Shown: positions 24,865 to 33,969 of the stretch, piece after piece | How the letters are laid out: each line of letters begins with the position of its first letter | Numbering within the stretch: the first letter of the stretch is position 1 | Virus record (IMG/VR): IMGVR_UViG_3300028805_000076 | Location: 8,165-72,164 of that record | Origin: a virus | Lineage: Duplodnaviria > Heunggongvirae > Uroviricota > Caudoviricetes | Length of the DNA stretch: 64,000 nt | Reading direction: 5' to 3' (one strand) | Program-made: the position numbers and the translations under genes | The notes under the pieces: model-generated | What the model was told of the DNA's origin: nothing | The model's database searches: none | The model's input: only the letters and a program-made list of their open reading frames with translations

Positions 24865-25392
24865 TTAGACTTCAAGCTCCACAAGAGGCACCCAAATTTT
24901 GGTGCTGCCTACTCTCTCATTGGGGGTGTGCCAACTGCTTTCATCGGCATCGTTTGGAGTGTCAAAATAATTGCGGTGTGCCACAAAATCCTTCATACGT
25001 GCCTTCTTCTCTGCTTCAGTGTGGACACCCATAACATCCCAAATGTCTTCGTCACTCACAGTAAAGTGATTGCCCTTAAGTGGACCGTACACGAGCATCG
25101 AGACTTGCGTTGTCTCTTGCTTGTTTGCATCGAGCTTAACCACGATATGCGCGGTAGAGTCATTGTTGGTATTCATACCCACTTTGACAACCTTGAAGAA
25201 CGTGGTGTGCTTGCCTTGAATGCACTTGAAGAAACTGTATTCAACATACACAGTGCGCACCTCCTTAAACTTTGGATGCTTGTCATAATCATCCTTATTG
25301 GCCTTCCACCAAGAATTGGCTGCGGTAGTGGTTGGAAACTCTGCAACTGCATTTGCAGTGCCATCGGTGTAATAAACCTTGATTTGATACAT
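24865..25392 (-). CDS. hypothetical protein
   Basis: 175-aa ORF. Confidence 0.5.
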   Translation of the reverse strand: MYQIKVYYTDGTANAVAEFPTTTAANSWWKANKDDYDKHPKFKEVRTVYVEYSFFKCIQGKHTTFFKVVKVGMNTNNDSTAHIVVKLDANKQETTQVSMLVYGPLKGNHFTVSDEDIWDVMGVHTEAEKKARMKDFVAHRNYFDTPNDADESSWHTPNERVGSTKIWVPLVELEV

Positions 25393-25399
25393 AGCTTTG

Positions 25400-25455
25400 T
25401 TGTTTTTTAATGTTAGTACTATTGTTTAATTTTCACGGTGCAAAGGTACGCATTT
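25400..25455 (-). promoter_or_regulatory. promoter + conserved leader module
   Basis: plus caaaggta 25441-25448. Confidence 0.55.
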
Positions 25456-25544
25456 TTTTTGAATTGTGCAATAGTTTACCCAAAAAAAATGCATTTTATT
25501 AACATCATTTAACATTTGCCCCTATTTCAGCTATAAAAGACTGT

Positions 25545-25590
25545 TCAGAGCTGTATGCTCTTTCCCTCGCTGCAAAGATAGTGGTTTTTT
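25545..25590 (-). promoter_or_regulatory. second upstream promoter, minus-strand copy of TATCTTTGCAGCGAGGGAAAGAGCATACAGC
   Basis: reverse complement of 25550-25580. Confidence 0.4.
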
Positions 25591-25711
25591 CAATACAATC
25601 CAAATTTTTTGGCAAGAAAATGCATTTCATTTAGATTATTTAACATTTGGCCATATAGATACAAAAAAATGCCCACACTTTTCAGTGTAGGCATTGCAAG
25701 CATCTGCCGTG

Positions 25712-26056
25712 TTACTCTTCGTCTTCAGTGCAGATTTCAATCAACGCGCAAGCGCAAGAAGGAAGAGAAGGCTGTGCTTTGTGATAGACCGCCATCATAA
25801 AATCGTCAAAGACACTACGAGCGCGAATGGCATCAATCAAGTGCTCCAAATTCTTGATGCGGAGTGTCTCGATGTCGCGTGTCTCGTCACCCCACTTGAT
25901 AGTGACGTGCTTTGTCACTTTGTCTTGAGCAAGTGTGTAGTAGTCGGCTTTGTAATGCTCAAACTTTGCAAGCACAACCACTTCGGTGTTATAACTCTTC
26001 ATCAACTCAACGATAGCGGCAACAAGTGCCATCTTGTAAAGACCTTTGTAAAACAT
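25712..26056 (-). CDS. hypothetical protein
   Basis: 114-aa ORF. Confidence 0.5.
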   Translation of the reverse strand: MFYKGLYKMALVAAIVELMKSYNTEVVVLAKFEHYKADYYTLAQDKVTKHVTIKWGDETRDIETLRIKNLEHLIDAIRARSVFDDFMMAVYHKAQPSLPSCACALIEICTEDEE

Positions 26057-26059
26057 AGT

Positions 26060-26115
26060 TTTGTTGTTTTAATGTTAGTAACTCTTGTTTAATTTTCACG
26101 GTGCAAAGATAGTGC
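26060..26115 (-). promoter_or_regulatory. promoter + conserved leader module
   Basis: plus caaagata 26104-26111. Confidence 0.55.
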
Positions 26116-26188
26116 TTTTTTCAATACCATCCAAATTTTTTGCCAATAAAATGCATTTTGTTTAGTTTTTTTAACATTTGGGGCTATA

Positions 26189-26206
26189 GATACTTATTTT
26201 AGTACC
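26189..26206. repeat. degenerate palindrome copy 8 (GATACTTATTTTAGTACC)
   Basis: arms largely conserved. Confidence 0.5.
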
Positions 26207-26259
26207 CAAATATATAATGAAAAATGCCCCACACTGAAAAGTGTGGGGCATCCTCTGCG

Positions 26260-26802
26260 TTAGTCGCGCTCGTAGCGCTTATTTCCTTGCCAAATGCGAA
26301 CGATGTTCGTGACAGTGATGTCCTTGACCTCAACAACCTCTTCGGGAGTCAAGCCATATTCGAGCTGCTTCTTGCAAACTGAATGGCTGCGAAGGAAGGT
26401 TTTGATTTCGGCTTCCTCTTCGGGAGTAGCTTCGCGCCCATCAACGAAATACGTGCTTGTTACCTTGCTATTGCCGTTAGATGCGATGCGAAGATAAGTT
26501 ACTGTGGGGTCGGTGTCCTTCGTGAGGAAATAAGGATAATCGCTCCACGAACGGCCTGTGGGCTTGTCCTCTTCGTAAGGCTTGGATTCTACGTCAATAC
26601 CCAACTCCTTGGCTCTGCGCTCTATTGTGGAGCTGTAGCCTCTGCCGATAGCGATGTTGTGGTAGTGACTTGCCTTCGTCACACGTCCGTAAAACTTGTT
26701 ACCCCTCTTGTTCATTGTGGGGACTGTCACAATATCCATCTCTACACCGAAGGTGTTGCGCTTGATGGACTTAACCACCTCTTCTAAAGTCATTTTTGTC
26801 AT
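26260..26802 (-). CDS. hypothetical protein
   Basis: 180-aa ORF. Confidence 0.5.
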   Translation of the reverse strand: MTKMTLEEVVKSIKRNTFGVEMDIVTVPTMNKRGNKFYGRVTKASHYHNIAIGRGYSSTIERRAKELGIDVESKPYEEDKPTGRSWSDYPYFLTKDTDPTVTYLRIASNGNSKVTSTYFVDGREATPEEEAEIKTFLRSHSVCKKQLEYGLTPEEVVEVKDITVTNIVRIWQGNKRYERD

Positions 26803-26804
26803 AG

Positions 26805-26865
26805 CTTTGTTGTTTTAATGTTAGTAGCTGTTGTTTAATTTTCACGGTGCAAAGGTACGCATTTT
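26805..26865 (-). promoter_or_regulatory. promoter + conserved leader module
   Basis: plus caaaggta 26850-26857. Confidence 0.55.
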
Positions 26866-26999
26866 TTTTGGCACCACCAAATATTTTGCCAAAAAAATGC
26901 ATTTTATTAACATCATTTAACAGTTCAGCTATATTTCAGCTATATACAAAAATTTCGCGTATAAACGCTTTTTTATTCCAAATGATAAATCTATCCACT

Positions 27000-27390
27000 G
27001 AATAATTAAAATGCAAAATAGAGCCATTTCTGCGCAAATATGGGCATATTTCCGTATATACACGCGTATATGCGTATGCGTGGGCATATATGGGTATATG
27101 GATGGGGCATATACCTAACTATTGGGGGCGATGCCTCCCCCACCCTCCCCCTCCTACGCATCCCCTCCCCCCGACCGAGTTTTTGGGGGCTTACCAAACG
27201 GCAACGGTTTCTTGAATAAAATTTTCCAGAAATTTTTGTCTTTTTGAGGAAGGGGGTGGGGTGTTTTAATTATTGAGTGGTTTTAAAAAAATTCCAGAAA
27301 AATTTTTCTATAATTTTATAGAGCTGATATTATAATTAATTTTGGTATTTTTTTATCGTTTCATATATTTATATAAAAATACATTTATAA
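27000..27390. repeat. low-complexity G/C-tract region with short direct repeats, no ORF
   Basis: gggcatat repeated 4 times; a ~40-nt polypyrimidine tract then gaggaagggggtggggtg; ttccagaaa(a)atttttg/c twice; AT-rich stretch before 27392. Confidence 0.5.
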
Positions 27391-27391
27391 T

Positions 27392-27697
27392 ATGAAAAAT
27401 ATAATTAGATTAACAGAAAATGACTTACATAGAATAGTAAAGAATGCAGTAACAAGAATATTAACTGAAGGTAATCAATGGATTGGCGATTTTGGTAGAG
27501 AGAATTTCAATATGTTGCAACAGAAAGTAAATGATTGTGGTGGGGCGTGTTCATTTTCATTGAATGGTACAGATTTTACGATAACACCTAGCCAAAGAGG
27601 TTTTTTAATACAAAGCGGAACTGATTTTGGATATGAATCGTTTCAAATAGATTCTGCGTTGAAAGCTGCTTGGAAATATTATAATGGTGTGAGATAA
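27392..27697 (+). CDS. protein with an N-terminal IRLTEN-type domain (paralogs at 30959-31453 and 54866-55321)
   Basis: MKNIIRLTENDLHRIVKNAVTRILTEG shared with MKNRIRLTENQLTNIIKECVRDIL and MAKKIRLTENELRNVVAESVKRVL. Confidence 0.5.
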   Translation: MKNIIRLTENDLHRIVKNAVTRILTEGNQWIGDFGRENFNMLQQKVNDCGGACSFSLNGTDFTITPSQRGFLIQSGTDFGYESFQIDSALKAAWKYYNGVR

Positions 27698-27725
27698 TTA
27701 TACTATTATGTAAAGTAAAGAATAA

Positions 27726-27770
27726 ATAAGCAACCAATATTTTAATTTATTGGTTGCTTATTTTTTTATC
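27726..27770. terminator. bidirectional terminator hairpin (aagcaaccaata...tattggttgctt)
   Basis: 12-bp stem + T7 between convergent genes; a paralogous copy at 30915-30958. Confidence 0.5.
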
Positions 27771-28454
27771 TTTTTCCAAGAGTTTCAAAAGTGATTTAGT
27801 TCTTTTGATTGTTTCTTTTGCTGCTTCAGCAAGTGTTTTACCATTGAAATCTTTTTCGTCTTTTTCTTTCTTGCTTGTATATCCTCTGTGTGGATATTGA
27901 AAATAATTGTTAAAAAGATTTACATTTGTCAACAGATTCTTGTTGGTAATGCTGAAATTAAAATTGAGTGTTATTTGTTCGTACAGTATTGGCAACTTGT
28001 TAATGTGGTTATCGTCTTCAGCACGAACTATGTAACCATGAATCAAATTAACGGTAATTGTATGTTCGTTTATAATCTGTTTGTCTATGCAGATGTTAAA
28101 TGACGAGTCACCTATCCAACCGTATTCTTCTCCTATTTCAATTGAATCGTAGAACTGATGTGCAAGATTGAATGGTTCTGTTCCGAATACTTCGCAATAG
28201 CACATGTAGTATAAGGTTAAAGTATTGAGATAAGAACGTCCATAAAGCCAATTTGTATCTGCGTGTTTTTCGTCAAGTATTACCTCATCTTGATTGACAA
28301 AATAGAAAGCATAATACAGTTGGCAATATTTTCCAAAATCATATTTTATCATACTCTTTCTGTAGAATTTGTCATTAGTTGCAAACTTGACAAGACGTTT
28401 CTTTTTTGCTGCATCGAGCAGATTGAGGATGTCTTTAATTGTAATTTGAACCAT
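27747..28454 (-). CDS. hypothetical protein, paralog of 30105-30824
   Basis: clear full-length similarity (ITIxxILNLLDxAK...GTEPxNLA...EIGxEYGW). Confidence 0.5.
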   Translation of the reverse strand: MVQITIKDILNLLDAAKKKRLVKFATNDKFYRKSMIKYDFGKYCQLYYAFYFVNQDEVILDEKHADTNWLYGRSYLNTLTLYYMCYCEVFGTEPFNLAHQFYDSIEIGEEYGWIGDSSFNICIDKQIINEHTITVNLIHGYIVRAEDDNHINKLPILYEQITLNFNFSITNKNLLTNVNLFNNYFQYPHRGYTSKKEKDEKDFNGKTLAEAAKETIKRTKSLLKLLEKDKKISNQ

Positions 28455-28511
28455 ATATGTTTTTATTATTGAATTAAATCATATGTATTCCATCTGATAA
28501 CACAATCTTTT

Positions 28512-28955
28512 TCAGATTCGATGGAATAAGAAAGACCAATTTGGTGGAAAACAAAACGTAGGTTTTTTTTCCAATAAGTATCCACAAGAATAATAATAAT
28601 ATGTTTCTGCAATATCCCACAAGCGTGGATAATAGATTTCTTTTTGAAAATTATTTTTTGCCTCATTAACCTTTTGGACAATATCATCTAATAGTTCCTT
28701 ATATTTTTCCCCATAACGAGTTTCCTTAAAAACTCTGTTTTTAAATTCAATATCTTCCTTTATTAAATTTTCAACATATTCATCGAGTTCTTTTTCTGAC
28801 AATGACAATAGTTTTGGGTCGATTTCTTTAAAATGATAATCGTCTTTAGGGTTTATAGCCATAGCAAAATTTGCATCATATCTACAGCCATAAATTTTTC
28901 CTTTATGGGTAATGAAATAAATCAAATTCTTATAGCGATTGTTAAATTTTGACAT
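28512..28955 (-). CDS. hypothetical protein
   Basis: 147-aa ORF. Confidence 0.5.
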   Translation of the reverse strand: MSKFNNRYKNLIYFITHKGKIYGCRYDANFAMAINPKDDYHFKEIDPKLLSLSEKELDEYVENLIKEDIEFKNRVFKETRYGEKYKELLDDIVQKVNEAKNNFQKEIYYPRLWDIAETYYYYSCGYLLEKKPTFCFPPNWSFLFHRI

Positions 28956-29047
28956 TTTTTCTGCGACTTATGCGCATTTTGCTTGGAATTCAGAACCAAG
29001 TGCAAGATAAGTTTTTACTTCTTCTTGTGTCATAATATAATTAAAAT

Positions 29048-29569
29048 TTACTTATTATTGTAATAGTATTGTGTGTTTTTGATTGAATTTGTTGGTATAA
29101 TTTTTGTCAGCACTATTTTATCGGAGATGATTTCACCGTATTCGTTCACGTAATATTGTGTTCCTTTTGGCAAGTATCCTTCTATGAGGTATGCTGTTGC
29201 ATCTTTAAAGAAATTATCTTTAAGCAGATATGTTGTGATGTTATATATTGATTGGTCTAAGAACGTTACCACTCCAACACTTAACCTCTTTATTCCACCA
29301 AATATGCTACCAATTACAAATGGGTTCACCTTGCATTTTGAAGCGTCATAGCTATGAAAACCTTGGTTTCCCCTGTATGTTTTACTTTCTTTATTGTAGG
29401 ATATATCAATGGTTGTCTGATATTCTTTGTCTAGTATGTAGTTGAATGAGGTATACCAGTAACCGCACAATTGTCCAAATCTCATTTTGCACACCTTAAA
29501 GATTTTGACAGTACCGTCAGAGACAAGTGGGATTGGTGGCAATGGTGATGCGTTTTTAGTCCAGCACAT
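29048..29569 (-). CDS. hypothetical protein
   Basis: 173-aa ORF. Confidence 0.5.
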   Translation of the reverse strand: MCWTKNASPLPPIPLVSDGTVKIFKVCKMRFGQLCGYWYTSFNYILDKEYQTTIDISYNKESKTYRGNQGFHSYDASKCKVNPFVIGSIFGGIKRLSVGVVTFLDQSIYNITTYLLKDNFFKDATAYLIEGYLPKGTQYYVNEYGEIISDKIVLTKIIPTNSIKNTQYYYNNK

Positions 29570-29590
29570 GTTGTTATGTTTTTTTTTGTT

Positions 29591-29752
29591 TTAGAAATAT
29601 ATGAATTCTTCTGATGTTGAAATAACTTCCTTTTGTTCACCCCACAGTAGTGCTACTTGTACATTGCAGCCGCTATCGCAATATTTACAATCTGATGTGA
29701 TAGATATTTTAAGGTTATCCTTGATTAATTGGATTATTTCTGTTTTACTCAT
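29591..29752 (-). CDS. small Cys-rich protein (53 aa)
   Basis: ATG overlaps the stop of the upstream gene; CKYCDSGC motif. Confidence 0.3.
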   Translation of the reverse strand: MSKTEIIQLIKDNLKISITSDCKYCDSGCNVQVALLWGEQKEVISTSEEFIYF

Positions 29753-30108
29753 TTGACTATATATTTGTTTGGATTTGTCAGAATATCGTTAAGTTTTTTT
29801 TCAGCATCTTCCTTTGTATCGAAGTATGTTCTGTTTACGCTTGTTGTTCCTTTTCTCCATTGAACGAGTTGGCAGTTGTCAAGTTGTTTACCTTTGTAGA
29901 TACATAGTCCATATTCTGATGTATAGTCACCCCATGTGATGGTCTTGCAGATGAAATACATTGTCTTGGTGTTTATTTTTTCACCGAGGACGTTATAGTT
30001 GCTTGTTGTATATTCCTTTACGCTGTAGGTTACTGCTGTTGGATTTTCGTCACCGATTGATTTCCAACTATTGAACCAATCGATTATTTTATTGAAAAAA
30101 TTTTTCAT
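29749..30108 (-). CDS. hypothetical protein
   Basis: 119-aa ORF. Confidence 0.5.
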   Translation of the reverse strand: MKNFFNKIIDWFNSWKSIGDENPTAVTYSVKEYTTSNYNVLGEKINTKTMYFICKTITWGDYTSEYGLCIYKGKQLDNCQLVQWRKGTTSVNRTYFDTKEDAEKKLNDILTNPNKYIVK

Positions 30109-30824
30109 TTTTTATTTTTGATTTTTTTAAGTATTTCCAATGCCTTTTTGTTTCTCTTGATAGTCATTTTTGTAGACGTGATGATGTCAAATGCTTTATC
30201 TGGAAGTGGTGCGATTGTTTCTTCCTTTCCGTTTACAATTATTGTTGTGGTCAATGGGTAGTGTGCTTGATTTGGGTATTCGAATATTGCATCTAAACGC
30301 TTGATTTCTTCCAATAAATTTTCATTTTTTGGATTGATTTTAAAGCATTCGGTATATTCTTCGGAGAACATTGGCAAACCAGCGTTACTGTTGCAATAAA
30401 GTAATTTTACGGTAATTGTTCCGTTTTCAGACAATTGTTTGTCTGTACATATATTGAATGGGTTTCCGTGCCATCCGTATTCACCGCCTATTTCGATATA
30501 GTCGAACAGTTCTTGTGCAAGATTGTATGGTTCTGTACCGAATAATTCAAGATAGCACTTATAGTAAGCGCCTACTGTAACAATATATCGTTTGCCGCAC
30601 ACATATTCTTTTCCTCTGAAATATTCTGTATCTATATGTTTGTGGTCCAATGGTACTTCATTATACACATCGAAGCAGTAATACAGATAGCGGTAATCAC
30701 CGAAAAAATCGTTTTCTATCCAATCATTCTGCTTGAAGACATCGTTGCTTCCATACTTTACCAAGCCCCTTTCTTTTGCCACATCGAGCAGATTGAGGAT
30801 TTCATTGATTGTAATCTTAACCAT
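30105..30824 (-). CDS. hypothetical protein, paralog of 27747-28454
   Basis: see paralog. Confidence 0.5.
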   Translation of the reverse strand: MVKITINEILNLLDVAKERGLVKYGSNDVFKQNDWIENDFFGDYRYLYYCFDVYNEVPLDHKHIDTEYFRGKEYVCGKRYIVTVGAYYKCYLELFGTEPYNLAQELFDYIEIGGEYGWHGNPFNICTDKQLSENGTITVKLLYCNSNAGLPMFSEEYTECFKINPKNENLLEEIKRLDAIFEYPNQAHYPLTTTIIVNGKEETIAPLPDKAFDIITSTKMTIKRNKKALEILKKIKNKK

Positions 30825-30847
30825 ATTCTTTTATGTGTTATATATTT

Positions 30848-30878
30848 TTTCTTATTGCAAAGATACTGAATATATTTT
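30848..30878 (-). promoter_or_regulatory. Bacteroides-type promoter
   Basis: plus caaagata 30858-30865. Confidence 0.45.
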
Positions 30879-30914
30879 ATATTATCAAGATAATTTTGTT
30901 AAAATAGGTTAAAA

Positions 30915-30958
30915 TAAAAAAAGCAACCAATATTTGATTTATATTGGCTGCTTTAATA
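30915..30958. terminator. hairpin paralogous to 27726-27770
   Basis: agcaaccaatat...atattggctgct. Confidence 0.4.
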
Positions 30959-31453
30959 TTAAGCTCTGAAGTCATTTTTATCGAAATGTTGTTGCCCATA
31001 GAAGTTGTTAAGGTGTTGCGCTCTTCTTTTTGCTCTTGCTGCGCTTTGTGTTCTTGCCCTTGGTGGTATGAATTCTGCATTTGGCACTTCGTCAACGTAG
31101 TCTCCCTTCTTGTCCACGTAGCGTTTCAAGCTTCTGTTGCCGTATTCGTTGTTACGAGGTATATGGTTGCTTGCGAAGTATGTATTCTTATCCTTGTCAT
31201 ATGGATTTGCTGGTTTCATTGTCATTACATCATTGAACAAATCGTATTCTGCGTCCTCATCGTTGTTCACGTCTGCGTAGGTTTGTGCAAGTTGGTCTGC
31301 TCTTTGCTTTTGTCCTTTTTCTATCATTTTGTCGTGAGCTGACTTGACTGTTGCATATGAAAGACCTTGGCCGTGAGCTTCGAGTATATCTCTAACGCAT
31401 TCTTTTATTATATTGGTCAATTGGTTTTCTGTTAATCTGATTCTATTTTTCAT
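30959..31453 (-). CDS. IRLTEN-domain protein (paralog)
   Basis: N-terminal MKNRIRLTENQLTNIIKECVRDIL. Confidence 0.5.
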   Translation of the reverse strand: MKNRIRLTENQLTNIIKECVRDILEAHGQGLSYATVKSAHDKMIEKGQKQRADQLAQTYADVNNDEDAEYDLFNDVMTMKPANPYDKDKNTYFASNHIPRNNEYGNRSLKRYVDKKGDYVDEVPNAEFIPPRARTQSAARAKRRAQHLNNFYGQQHFDKNDFRA

Positions 31454-31573
31454 AAAATTGCATTTTACAATAAATATAAAATAATTCTATAAAGAAATGA
31501 AAATGTATTATATAAAAATGGGGATAGTAACTAAATACTACCTCCATTTTTATTTGTCAGCTTAATTTTAGTT

Positions 31574-32419
31574 CTAACGCTTGCCTATAGCGCTTGACAT
31601 ATCGAGCATCATATTGGAACCGCTCATAACGGTTGGCACTGTTCCGTTCCACTTCTCAATCCAATCCTCTTGTACGATGAGTGGGCTAAGTGAAGCTGCG
31701 ATGGTGCGGTTGTAGTATGCTTCAGCGTCTGCCTTAATCTGCATAGCCTCTGCTGCACCCTTTGCTTCTGCGATACGAATCTTTGCCTCTGCTTCAGCCT
31801 CCTTGACTTTATTTTCTGCCTTGAGAGCTGACTGTACGGCTGCGTTCTTTTCGTTAATCATCTGTGCGAGTGACTGAGGAGGCGTAATCTGTGATGTGAA
31901 TTCCTCCACGATGAATCCCTCGTCCATAAGGGATGATTCGAGGCGATTGCGCACGTCACGCTCGAAGTTTGCGCGATTTGACATAAGTGAGTCTGACGTG
32001 TACTGATTTGCGCATGTACGGTAAGCTTCGTAGATACAAGTGCGGATGTATCCGTTCTCAAGGTCTTCGATACCCTTACGGTACTTGACAAAGATGTCGC
32101 AAGCCTTCTCAGGGTTGATGCGGTAAGCGATTGTCGGGTCCATCGAGAATACTGAAGCGTCCTTTGCGTTGACGTTGAATGCCTCGTAGTTCTTACGCTG
32201 AATGAATGTTGGGTATGTGAACACGCTTGTGGTGATTGGGTTATAGAATACCCATCCCTTGCAAGTACCTTCCACTCCACCATAGTCTTGCTCATTAGCT
32301 GACCACTTATGGAACTTGATACCGATTTCACCCGAATCGATTACGGAGCAAGAAGCTGCACATAAGCTGATGAGGATAAACGCAATCACTGAAGAAATGA
32401 TTAACTTAATGTTGCCCAT
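31574..32419 (-). CDS. SPFH/band-7 (prohibitin/HflC-like) lipoprotein
   Basis: signal peptide with LCAASC lipobox-like segment; C-terminal coiled-coil AEAEAKIRIAEAKGAAEA typical of SPFH proteins. Confidence 0.5.
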   Translation of the reverse strand: MGNIKLIISSVIAFILISLCAASCSVIDSGEIGIKFHKWSANEQDYGGVEGTCKGWVFYNPITTSVFTYPTFIQRKNYEAFNVNAKDASVFSMDPTIAYRINPEKACDIFVKYRKGIEDLENGYIRTCIYEAYRTCANQYTSDSLMSNRANFERDVRNRLESSLMDEGFIVEEFTSQITPPQSLAQMINEKNAAVQSALKAENKVKEAEAEAKIRIAEAKGAAEAMQIKADAEAYYNRTIAASLSPLIVQEDWIEKWNGTVPTVMSGSNMMLDMSSAIGKR

Positions 32420-32461
32420 TTTGTTTTAATTTTTTTAAAGGTTTATAATGTTGATTAATTT

Positions 32462-32492
32462 TAACACTGCAAAGATACGGACTTTTTTTTGT
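32462..32492 (-). promoter_or_regulatory. Bacteroides-type promoter
   Basis: plus caaagata 32470-32477. Confidence 0.45.
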
Positions 32493-32538
32493 ATTTGCAA
32501 GTAAATTTTGTTAAAAGAAGTTAACTGTGTTATTTTTT

Positions 32539-33072
32539 TTAATTATTATTGGAAAGACCTAATTCCTTTTGTAACTTGTAATATAGGTTAAGCTTTGCTT
32601 TACGTTCGTTCTCTTCCCACGTTTCTTTATCTGTGATAATATGTTGGAGGTATTCGTCAGACCAAGTTAGCTGATATACTGGGAATCTTACAATAGCTCC
32701 GTTGTCACAATGTCCTTCGACAGTATGGTTTCTATGGTTAAAATAATAACGGTTAACTTTGGTAAAGTTGATGTCCTTTTTTGCCAAGTAATATCCTACT
32801 CTTTTGCAATTGTTTTGGAAAACAGAATCCATGATTTCATAATCTTCCAAAAAGCCTTCACCCACTGGTATTTCCCATCTTACTTCTGCTTCACTGCAAA
32901 TTGGTAGAATGGAATATCCAAGCTGATTAAGTATTCTTTGAACTTCATCTGAAGGGTAAGGAATCAAGATTGATTTTTTGCCCAACTTCTTTGCCTCTTG
33001 CACTTGTTGTTGAATGTTTTGGATTCTTTCGTCATCATAGAAGATGTTATATTCTTGTGTTGGCATAATCAT
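32539..33072 (-). CDS. hypothetical protein
   Basis: start set at ATG 33072 (MIMPTQEY), which removes the overlap with the upstream gene. Confidence 0.45.
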   Translation of the reverse strand: MIMPTQEYNIFYDDERIQNIQQQVQEAKKLGKKSILIPYPSDEVQRILNQLGYSILPICSEAEVRWEIPVGEGFLEDYEIMDSVFQNNCKRVGYYLAKKDINFTKVNRYYFNHRNHTVEGHCDNGAIVRFPVYQLTWSDEYLQHIITDKETWEENERKAKLNLYYKLQKELGLSNNN

Positions 33073-33080
33073 TTTGTATA

Positions 33081-33383
33081 TTATTTTGTAGGAACCAAAG
33101 GTTCGAAATATGTTAAATCTTCTGGATATTCTTTTAAGAAAAGCTCGCACTTTCGTCTTTTAAGAACTGCAATTTGCTGTTCGATTTGGTCAAGCTTATA
33201 TTGCATAACTTCTGATTTAGGGACAAATTTATAAGTGGCTTGATACTCCTTCAGATATTTATCGAAGAAATAATATCTATGACCGATTGTTAGACAACCC
33301 TTTTCATCTACAGCTCCATAGCTTACAACTTTGCAGCCATCTTCAACATAAGTCATTTTGACGTACTTGTACTTTCCTTCCAT
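33081..33383 (-). CDS. tandem paralog family (Y.Y.K.T...YG..D....L), member 1
   Basis: MEGKYKYVKMTYVEDGCKVVSYGAVD similar to the neighbours. Confidence 0.5.
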   Translation of the reverse strand: MEGKYKYVKMTYVEDGCKVVSYGAVDEKGCLTIGHRYYFFDKYLKEYQATYKFVPKSEVMQYKLDQIEQQIAVLKRRKCELFLKEYPEDLTYFEPLVPTK

Positions 33384-33388
33384 ATGTT

Positions 33389-33676
33389 TTAAAAATAAAT
33401 CAATTTAACTGCTGATTCTGAAGACACATTATCTTTTCTTTTTCTAAGTTCGTTCATTTGTTCAAGAATGAATTTCCTTTTATGGTTTTCGACTACAATT
33501 CTTGGTACTTCATCAAATCTTGTATCAACAAGTAATTTTTTAAACAACTCGAAATCCAAATGTATATAGTTATAATGAAATATATTTGTTTTTGTATCCA
33601 ATACGCCAAAACGATAATTGTAAGGCTTATTAGTATTAGATGTCATTTTGTAGAACTTATAGTTGTCTTCTTCCAT
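33389..33676 (-). CDS. tandem paralog family, member 2
   Basis: MEEDNYKFYKMTSNTNKPYNYRFGVLD...EVPRIVVENHKRKFILEQMNELRKRK. Confidence 0.5.
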   Translation of the reverse strand: MEEDNYKFYKMTSNTNKPYNYRFGVLDTKTNIFHYNYIHLDFELFKKLLVDTRFDEVPRIVVENHKRKFILEQMNELRKRKDNVSSESAVKLIYF

Positions 33677-33678
33677 GC

Positions 33679-33969
33679 TTAAACGTAATGACTGATATAT
33701 ATTAATTCTTTTGGTTTTTCCGCATAGATTTTTTCTTTTCTTTCTCTAAGCTTATTAAGTTGTTCAAGCAATTTTTTCTGCTTATAAACCATAACTTCGG
33801 TTTTTGTAACTTCCTCGAAAGTGTAGTATGGGCTAAATCGTTTATACAAATCAAAATCATAGGAAAAGTTACCTACACACAAACAATTTGTTCTAGTGTT
33901 TACCGCACCGTATTTGATTGCTTTTGAGCTTTTATGTGTTATTTTAATGTATTTATATTCGTCTGTCAT
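33679..33969 (-). CDS. tandem paralog family, member 3
   Basis: MTDEYKYIKITHKSSKAIKYGAVN...LLEQLNKLRERK. Confidence 0.5.
   Translation of the reverse strand: MTDEYKYIKITHKSSKAIKYGAVNTRTNCLCVGNFSYDFDLYKRFSPYYTFEEVTKTEVMVYKQKKLLEQLNKLRERKEKIYAEKPKELIYISHYV

Noticed and set aside
15340-26870. CRISPR array built from the repeated ~60-nt modules
   Set aside because: The repeats are promoter or leader elements, each followed by a gene of variable length. There are no short uniform spacers and no cas genes.
27006-27197. 63-aa ORF rich in R, G and P
   Set aside because: Translation of a poly-C/poly-G low-complexity tract; no start context.
28466-28687. 73-aa minus ORF
   Set aside because: Embedded out of frame within the longer gene 28512-28955.
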